Assembly (NCBI RefSeq): GCF_006345805.1
Contig: NC_043006.1
Span: forward strand, 89,652,001 to 89,716,000
DNA from: Octopus sinensis
Lineage: Eukaryota
Direction of reading: 5' to 3'
DNA length: 64,000 bases
Part shown: one piece after another, positions 54,829 to 64,000 of the stretch
Layout of the letters: each line of letters opens with the position of its first letter
How positions within the stretch are numbered: position 1 is the stretch's first letter
The notes under the pieces: generated by a model
Told to the model about the DNA's origin: nothing
What the model saw: the letters and a program-made list of their open reading frames with translations, nothing else
Database searches by the model: none
Translations under genes and position numbers: made by a program

Positions 54829-56830
54829 TACATACATATACACACATACATACATACATACACACATACATACACACACACACACATACATACGCACATA
54901 CATACACACACATATACACACATATATATACATACATACACACACATATACACACATATATATACATACATACACACACATACACACACACACACATACA
55001 TACATACACAAATACATACACACATACACGCATACACACATACATACATACATACACACACACATACATACACACATACATACATACACACACACACACA
55101 TACATATACATACATACACACACACATACATATACATACATACACAGGTACACACACGCACATACACGCATGCACACATACATATATACACATACATACA
55201 CACACACACAAACATACATACATACGTACATACATACATACACACACACACTTACATACATACATACACACATACACACACATACATACATACATACACA
55301 CACACATACATGCACACGAACACATACACACACATATACATACACACATACACACACATACATATACATACATACACACACACATACACATATACACATA
55401 CATACACACACAAACATACATACATACGTACATACATACATACACACACACACTTACATACATACATACACACACATACATACATACACACACACATACA
55501 TGCACACGAACACATACACACACATATACATACACACATACACACACACATACATACACACACACATACACACATACATACATAGACACATATATACATA
55601 CACACACACATACATATAAATACATACATACACACACACATACACGTACATACATACACACACACTTACATACACACATACATACATACTTACACACACA
55701 CATACATACACACATACATACATATACATACATACATACACACACATACACACATACATACATAGACACATATATACATACACACACACATACATATAAA
55801 TACATACATACACACACACATACACGTACATACATACACACACACTTACATACACACATACATACATACTTACACACACACATACATACACACATACATA
55901 CATATACATACATACATACACACACATACACACACGCGCACGCACACATACTTACATACATACACACACACTTACACACATACATACATATATACACACA
56001 ATACACACACACATACACACACATACATACATACATATGCACATACATACACATATACACACATACACACACATATATATACATACACACACATACACAC
56101 ATACACACACATACATACACACACACACATACATACACACACATACCCACACACACACGCACGCACACATACATACATACACATACATACACACACATAC
56201 ATACATACATACACACACACGTACACACATACATACATACATACATACACACACATACACATATACATACACACACATACACACACATGCATATACATAC
56301 ATACACACACACATACACACACATACATACATAGATACATACATACATACACGTACATACATACACACATACATAGGTACACACACGCACATACACACAC
56401 ACATACATACACACACAGACATGCACACACACATACATACACACATGCGTACATATACATACATACATACACATACACACACACACTTACACACACACAC
56501 GTACATACATACATACACACACACATACACACATACATACATACACACATACATACATACATACACACACATACACATACATACACACATGCACGCACAC
56601 ATACATACATACACACACACATACATACACACACATACATACACACACACATACATACACACACACATGCACACATACACGCAGGCACACATACACACAC
56701 ACACATACATACACATACACATACACACATACAAACATACACACATACACGCACATACATACACTCACACAAATGAACCCACACATACATCCCTACACAC
56801 ACACACACACGCACTTACAAGCACACATAC
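54720..56830. repeat. ~2.1 kb degenerate (CA)/(CATA) compound microsatellite with higher-order duplications
   Basis: 55561-55740 is identical to 55741-55920. Confidence 0.95.
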
Positions 56831-57279
56831 ACTAAGTTAAGCACGGTTACTTACCACAAACCCAAACTCTAGGCATACACACACGAACACACACATGCAC
56901 ACACACACACTACAAACAACACACACACACACAATACATATACTTACATGCACACACATATACCCCTTTGTTTTCGACCTGGTTTTGACCTTGCTGGACA
57001 CAAAAAAGTGCCAATCCTTTATGACAGCTGGCCTGCCATGCCTGTTATTCACCATACACACACACACGCACGCACGCACAAACACACTTGTCATCCTTGC
57101 ACACACACACACACACACGCACCCACACACATCCTTGTCTTTGAAACTCTCTTGTTTTTAAAAATCATGATTCGTCTACCTTTCAACTTCTGTCCTTTCA
57201 ACATGTGATCTCTTGAGCACCACCAGCAAAAAAATTTTTTTCATCTGTCTTCCCTTCTCGGGATCTTTCCTTCTCCTTT

Positions 57280-57314
57280 GTTTCCGATGAAGAGCTCCGC
57301 TCGAAACGTTAAAC
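57280..57314 (+). ncRNA. Minimal type-I hammerhead motif, C3-G8 with U4C
   Basis: GTTT CCGATGA A GAGC TCC GCTC GAA ACGT T AAAC. Confidence 0.7.
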
Positions 57315-57613
57315 CCTCCTTCCCTTCTTTCCTGAGCATCAAATAATACTTTAATCGTTCCACGTCCTCGCGTTGCTGTGTTTTTTTCTGTGTTTTCTTG
57401 TTTGGATTAACTATATATATATATAGATTAATCAGCCGAAATTGCTAAGATGATCTGGTTCTTGACTGATGACTGAGGGCTTCGAATGTCCCGTCCTGTG
57501 GTTCTTGTGTCGTCTCTGTGGTGTTTCATGTTCTTGTCCATGTCTGTAATTATTTTTACTGTTTACCTATATATATATATATATATATTAAAATTGCAAA
57601 CAATTACCTTAAC

Positions 57614-57785
57614 CTGGCTGAATGAACAAAAAAGACAAAAAGCAGCAAGAGAGACAAATTCCATTTTAGTGTGATGACTCAAAGAATAGCAGCCAAGAAA
57701 TCCTTGTGCCACTCCAGAATGGGAAGGCAGCAAAATGGCAGCACAGTTGATGTTGAGGAGAAAGTTGACAACAACAGAATTTGAA
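57614..57785 (-). other. Weak host-exon candidate
   Basis: TTTCTTAG acceptor, open frame SNSVVVNFLL...FCSFSQ, GTTAAG donor (or GTAATT 6 nt further); phase-compatible with 58665-58834. Confidence 0.2.
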
Positions 57786-58664
57786 CTAAGAAAGCAAAGC
57801 AGCATAAATACTCAAGTCATTTCGTTTGGCACTCAAGCATTTGTATCAATTTGTTCACCATGTTATGATATTACTACATCTATCAAAATGAACCATACAG
57901 CCCAAATAACAATTGGAAATAAATAAATTAACAAGGGAAACTTAACGAAGGCCAAAATAATTGTCTCATCACACAGCTATATGAATGGTGAAGAAACGGT
58001 ACCTTATTTGTATTCATGAGATTTTTATATAGGATTTGAATAATTTGATAAAAACTCTGACAGATTAGCTGAACTGATAATAGCAGGCTTGGAAACAAAC
58101 AAGGTTAACACTGAGTGGAATGATAGAAAACTCTTGATAAAATATATTCAAATGTAAATGAAATCCTCATGGAATTTTATTGGCAATAGTCTTTTTATGT
58201 TCGTTGACAGACATTCAGTTAATAGAATCCATCAAGTGACTGAAAACTAATTGTGAAGAAAAGCAATCAAATTTGACAATGGAGTTCAAGTGTGAAGGAG
58301 ATTAGCTCATAATTACAATGAGAAGCATGTACCATTCTGGTTATAATTAAATTCTCTAGAAAGATTTCAATGCAACAAGGACAAGTCTATTACATGGCTG
58401 GTATTATGGACAAAGTATTTGATTATGTTGTATTATAATAAAAGTTATTTTCGACATTCATTTTAAGAAATACTAATGAAGATGGAATTCATTTGTCAGA
58501 GATCAGTGAGGAAAAATGTACAGTCTTATTGATAATAATGGTCACAATAAAGTTGTAAATGGAAGCTCAACAAGAGACATCAATTTAATAAGTTCTTGTT
58601 GAGACAATACCAAGAATAAATATACTTCCATAGAAATAAAACTTCTTCATTGATCACTTTTGAC

Positions 58665-58834
58665 CTGACGGTCAGCAGTTGAATCAATGATAGTTTTACA
58701 TTAATTTCTGCAGCCCACACACTCTGCAAGCACTTCTTGTCAACAGCAGTTGTAAAACAGAAAAGCATTCGATATAGTTCATAGGAATCATGTTTAGAAA
58801 ATTTCTGGGTAAATTTCTCCAGAAAATTATTAAT
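58665..58834 (-). other. Weak host-exon candidate
   Basis: ATTTTAG acceptor at the start of an 85-codon open frame INNFLEKFTQKFSKHDSYELYRMLFCF...; weak GTCAAA donor; no recognisable domain. Confidence 0.22.
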
Positions 58835-60464
58835 CTAAAATGCACGCAGATTAAATAATGATGAGAGTTATTATTGATTAGATCCAAATCATCCCTAATT
58901 GAACAAAGCAATTCCAGATATGACCATCCTACCTTTTTAGATGTACATAAGACTTTATAATCTAATGTTAAATGGAGATTTGGCTGCTACTTTTAGCAAA
59001 GTAAGTGAGCACATAAAAGTTCCTTCATTGGCTCAAATTAAAGGGATGTTTTGTTGTTTAACCCCAGCCTAGCCTGTACCTGGTTGAACAGACTTTATGA
59101 CTGAAGACATTCCAGCCATGACCATTTTATCTTTTAGGTGTATATAACTACAATATCCAATGAATCCTTTTTTCCCCCAAAGATGAGAATTGGCTGTTAT
59201 TTCTAGCAGGCCAAGACACTATACAGAGGCTTCTTTCTTTGTTAGTATTAGAGAATAGAAATTTATACATTTTCCCACACTCTGAGTATTCTCTTTGAAA
59301 AGAATACTGTGTCACAAAATGTACTCATTCCTATACATTATATCCTTCTTTTTAATAGTACTGGAGTAATAACATTAATACTATTGCAACCTTCTTTCTT
59401 GTGCTAAAGTTTTTACATTCCTTGATATTCTTTACAGCTTTTTCTTCTTCATGGCAGCATTTTATTTCCAAACTCCATGAAAGGTATTCTTAATTTGTTC
59501 ATTTATTATTATTATTATTATTATTATCATCATCATTATCATTATTATTATTCCCTGTAGATAATTTATTTGTTCATTTAATCGATTTGAAACCTTTGTT
59601 CTTTATTTCAAGAACATTTTCTGTCCCAGAAGATAATATTTTTATGAACTCTGGTCTGCATCTCTGGGTGACACTTAATGCATAATACTGGAATTGTTGG
59701 CATAAATTTCTTAAATTTCTTCAGTTTTCTGTCATTATCTGACCATAGAGAGAATTTGGAGTCAGTTCAATTTGCAGATCTCTGTCTTCATAGAATTCCA
59801 TTGAGCTTTGTAGAAATTCAGGTTGAACAGAGAGCATTGAAATATTTGACTATTAACTAATTTCTGTGAGATTTTGTCCTGCAAGTTCTTTTGAATGATG
59901 CATTCCCAATTTTACTGTTATAGTCAGAAAAAATATAAGAGGTGATATACATACAGTCGATGGATTCTATATTATTTGTAAAGTCACTGTTGTAGTAGTA
60001 GTAGTAGTAGTAGCAGCAGCAGCAACAGCAGCAGCAGTAGTGTATTTTTGGGCACCTCGTTTATATATTTTTATGGAAGGTTGGTTCTCTATTGGTTTCA
60101 ACAATGAAAATTCAATTCTTTGATCAATTGATTTATCTGTTCATTAAATAAATGAGCAATTAGCTGAGCATTCTACAGACATGTCTAATCCTTAATATAA
60201 TTCTTAGTGTGTGTAACACGATTGTCCTTTTGAATTATCATTTATCCAACAGGTTTTTGTAAAGTTCTTGTCAACCCAGTTTCACTCACAAGGTAAGTTT
60301 TGACCTGAAGTTGTAGAGACTGACATGTATCCAAGATGCTAAGCAGTGAGACCAAAACCTGGACCTCTGAAGCATTCAATACAAGATAACCAATGTTTTT
60401 AATATTTTACATATAAAAAAATAAAAATAAAACAAATGAAAGATGATCAAAAAGACAGTGGGTG

Positions 60465-60880
60465 CAAACATGGCTGTGTGGTCAAACTGTTTGTTTTGCA
60501 ATCACACGGTTTTGAGTTCAGTCCCATTGTGCAGCACTTTGGGCAAGTGGCTTGTATATAGCCCTGGCCCAACCAATTCCTTAGGAGGATTTGGTAGATG
60601 GGAACTGCATGGAAGCCTCACATATATATGTGTGTGTGTGTGTTTGTTACCCACCACCACCACCACCACCACCACCACCACCACCACCACTCAACACAAA
60701 CAGCGTTGATTTGCTTATGGCCCTGTAACTTAGCAGTTTTGGCAAAAGAGACCAGAAGAATAATTACCAGTGTTGAAAAAAACAAAAAAACCTTAAGTTC
60801 AGGGCTCAGTTTGTTTAGTTAAACTCTTTCCAGGCAGTGCTCCAGCATGGCTGTAGTCTAATGACTGAATCAAGTAAAAG
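60465..60880 (+). mobile_element. tRNA-derived SINE of the 19891 family
   Basis: Same head, body and GACTGAATCAAGTAAAAG tail. Confidence 0.72.
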
Positions 60881-61940
60881 GTAAGAAGAAAAACTGGTTG
60901 AAGTCCTTGAGATCAAATTCAGATAAAATCTGTTACAATTTTTGTGCTGGTTCTGTATTGTGAGGTTTGACTGGTTTTTCATTCATTCTGGGTTGATTAA
61001 GAAAAAGCACCAACAAAGGGCTGGTGCAGCCCTTGCCCTTTCTCTCACTCCTTCAGCTACCACAATCAAGATTTTGAATGAAGGAGAGAAGGGCTGAGAA
61101 GATGTCTGTCTCTGCTCATGACTACTTGCACATTTAAAGCAATTTGAGAAAGCATGCTACATGATAGCAAGTCATACTTGCAAGTAATGGTTATTTTAGA
61201 CAGACAGACAGATAGATGGATATGCACACACACATACACACACGCACAGAGTAATAGCCATAATAATCCTTGGATGGAATTTATGAATATTTTAATGCAT
61301 CAATATGTGCGTTTCCACAAATCATGTTTCTTAAGATCACAGTCCGTATTCCTGGGATGATTCCAGTGCAGTCTTTGGTATCCATCAGTATCAGAGAGAT
61401 AAACTTCATGGAATCATTTCTTCAGGTGATATAACATTGATGGATGTTTAAGTGAGGGTTGTTTACCAATTCTGACCAATGAAAAAATGTTGATTGGGGG
61501 TATGTAGGCATTTCTGTGTGTATTTGGTGGGGAGGAGTGGAAGGTGACAGAAAGAAATGAAAGAATGATAGTTATTTGGTGGTGGAGGTGTGTGTGGTGA
61601 TGTTGCACTTATTTTGCTATTTGAGTCTGCAGATGTCAGGATGAGTAGAGTATGGTTCTTTTGTTTGATCTTAATCACAGCAGATTCCCACCTCAATGAA
61701 TACAAAGGAGTCGGATCAGCAAGTACAGCCATCCAGTTGTTGGAGTTCATTGTCAGAGTTGACAAATGATACTTTCTTGAAAGTGTGGTAAGTAGCTTGC
61801 TTACCAACCACATGGTTCTGGGTTCAGTCCCACTGTGAGGTGCCTTGGGCAAGTGTCTTCTACTATAGCCTTGGGCTGACCAAAGCTTTGTGAGTGGATA
61901 TGGTAGATGGAAACTGAAAGAAGCCTGTTGTATATATATA

Positions 61941-63571
61941 CAGTGGCGGCCAAAATGTTCAGAACGGCATTGCTTTCGTCAGAAAAGTAGATATAATTTT
62001 TTATCAAAGTTGTTTTATATTCTATAATTTTCACAGACAATAAATACGATACTATTTGTTATTGCCTGAGATTTTGGTGTAATTTGAGAGGATAATACAA
62101 AAGTTATGGATGATTTAGTGATTTACTGCAAAACCCATGGCAGCCAAAATGATCAGAACAGTTGCTTTTACTCCGTGTTTTAGTATATTTAACCGGCGAA
62201 CTCTAATGTTTTGAATTTGTTTATGTGACAGTTCGTTTACTAAACATTAGTAAGAATATTTGCACTTTGTACTTTGTTAATATAATGCCACTTACTCCGT
62301 AACCAATTCGTCAGCAGATTATTAAGCTTCAAAGGAAGGATAATTTAAGTATTGGATCTTTTGCAAAGATTGTTAACAAGTCAAAAAGTGTTGTACACGG
62401 TATTCTTAAGGTCTACGATGATTGTGGTTCATGTGAAGCAAGAAAGTTTGCAGGTAGGCCAAGAAAAACGACCAAGAGAGAAGATCGTGCTATAGTAAAG
62501 TTGGTTAAAAAGGACAGATTTAAAACTGCTGCTGCTGTTTCTCAGAAAATAAGCATTGTATTGAAGAAAACTTTATCTTGAAAAACTGTGTCTCGTCGTT
62601 TAGTTGAACATGACCTACAAGCAAGAGCACCTGCAGTGAAGCCACTGATCAGCTCCAAGAATAAAAAGTGTCGTCTTACCTTTGCAACCGAGCATGTGTT
62701 GTGGTTTCAAGAAAAATGGCAAACGGTGCATTTCAGTGATGAATCTAAGTTTATGTTATTTGGCTCAGATGGGAAAAGGTACGTTTGTAGAAAAGTAGGT
62801 GAAAATTTGTCGCCTAAATGCCTTAAGACTAGTGTTAAATTCGGTGGAGGAAGTGTCATGGTTTGGGGAATGATATCTGGAGATGGTGTGGACCCTTTGG
62901 TGCGATTACATGGAAAGGTAAATGCAGGAGTTTATAAACAACTTGTAAAAGATCATGTCTTGCATGTGCTGAGAAATTCAACTAAGCGACAACCCATATT
63001 CATGCAGGACAATGCCCCATGTCACAAGGCTAAGGTGGTCATGAACTTCCTCAAGGATGAAAAGGTTATTGTTATGGATTAGCCTGCTCAAAGCCCAGAT
63101 CTCAATCCTATTGAAAATGTATGGAATATTCTAGGAGAACGTTCGAAAGCCAGAAATCCTAAAACAACTGAGCAATTATGGAATGCCCTTCAGGAAGAAT
63201 GGAATAAGATCACCCAGCAAGAAATTGAAAATTTAATTTCCTCATGCAGTCGAAGATGTCAGAGTGTGATTGAAGCTAATGGGCTTCACACTAAATATTA
63301 AATAATTCCAGTATTCTCTGTCATTTTTGATTATTTTGTTATTTTTTCAACCGTTCTGATCCTTTTGGCCACCATGGGTTTTGCAGTAAATCACTAAATC
63401 ATCCATAACTTTTGTATTATCCTCTCAAATTACACCAAAATCTCAGACAATAACAATTAATATTGTATTTATTGTCTGTGAAAATTATAGAATATAAAAC
63501 AACTTTGATAAAAACTTATACTTACTTTTCTGACGAAAACAATGCCGTTCTGAACATTTTGGCTGCAACTG
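61941..63571 (+). mobile_element. Complete Tc1 element of IR/DR type, TA target
   Basis: ~224-bp TIRs (61941-62164, 63348-63571), each with outer and inner GCCAAAATG(T/A)TCAGAAC direct repeats; CAGT...ACTG ends flanked by TA. Confidence 0.95.
62285..63301 (+). pseudogene. Tc1 DD34E transposase with three in-frame stops and no frameshift
   Basis: GRPRK, FSDESK, QDNAPCH and SPDLNPIENVW; 34 residues between the second D and E; stops at 62300, 62579 and 63080. Confidence 0.93.
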
Positions 63572-63761
63572 TATTTGTGTCTGTGTTTGTGCCTCCACCA
63601 TCACTTGACAACTGATGTTAGTGTGTTTACGTCCCCATAACTTAGCGGTTTGATGAAAGAGACCAATAGAATTCCTTCTGGTGGTTTAGCATGTAGCATA
63701 TGAAAATAGCGGTTATTTTGTCAAATGATCTGTGTTCTTAATTTGTTCAATTATATGTTAA

Positions 63762-63961
63762 CCCTTTCGTTATTGTATTTATTTTGAGAAGCTCTAAATA
63801 TAACAAACAAATTAGTAAAATAGCATCGTTATCATTAAGCTAGTGTTAGGAACATGGATTGTGACTAAGGTTTGGTGGAAGATTTTAATTGAAAACTTAT
63901 GATAACAGGACATTTGTACTCAGAGCCAGAGCTGGTTTCAGCTGGGTTGGTAACAAAAGGG
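63762..63961. mobile_element. piggyBac-type MITE
   Basis: TTAA|CCCTTTCGTTAT ... GTAACAAAAGGG|TTAA; 11 of 13 TIR bases match. Confidence 0.7.
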
Positions 63962-64000
63962 TTAAAGGTGGTTAGTGTGCTTCTATTTCAAAATTTTTTT

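Larger units (their letters stand above)
45170..55250. repeat. Near-identical tandem duplication, unit ~5044 bp (45170-50213 and 50214-~55250)
   Basis: ORF offsets of 5044, 5045, 5044, 5043 and 5035 along the unit; breakpoints lie in CA/TA microsatellite. Confidence 0.92.
53571..57412 (+). mobile_element. Second PLE family, copy 2: GIY-YIG fragment, expanded microsatellite and terminal repeat ending at (TA)n
   Basis: GIY-YIG at 54060-54347; same-strand hammerhead motif at 57280-57314. Continuity across the microsatellite is inferred. Confidence 0.7.
61785..63680 (+). mobile_element. SINE of the 19891 family split by the Tc1 insertion (61785-61940 and 63572-63680)
   Basis: The two halves join colinearly with 19905-20170 at the internal TA tract. 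Confidence 0.8.

Noticed and set aside
49472-56840. Long HTYI/CVYM ORFs up to 616 aa
   Set aside because: They are translations of CA/TA microsatellite, which lacks stop codons in most frames; the same applies to 193-457, 45653-45941 and similar tracts.
57430-57490. GAAA followed by CTGATGA, a possible permuted hammerhead
   Set aside because: No stems adjoin the core segments correctly.

Overview
Eukaryotic, AT-rich, microsatellite-dense DNA made almost entirely of transposable-element debris. The repeat repertoire points to an octopus or other coleoid cephalopod (inference; no search run). No host gene could be identified with confidence; only weak exon candidates were seen. The window contains: many R4/Dong-type RLE LINE fragments sitting in (AAT)n tracts; one RTE and one L1/Tx1 LINE fragment; several tRNA-derived SINE families; a full-length but mutated Gypsy-type LTR element with a -1 slippery site; a complete IR/DR Tc1 copy with three nonsense codons; mariner, Tigger, MITE and piggyBac-like relics; at least four Penelope-like element (PLE) families anchored in (TA)n; and a ~5.04 kb tandem duplication that may be real or an assembly artefact. 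The most interesting signal is non-coding. Three PLE termini carry minimal type-I hammerhead ribozyme folds whose core 3-8 tertiary pair differs by family: G3-C8 at 18435-18484 (+), U3-A8 at 45580-45616 (-, duplicated at 50624-50660), and C3-G8 with U4C at 57280-57314 (+). Second, a Meta-type SINE shares its 3' tail with the L1/Tx1 LINE. Coordinates of degenerate repeats are approximate; all alignments were done by eye.
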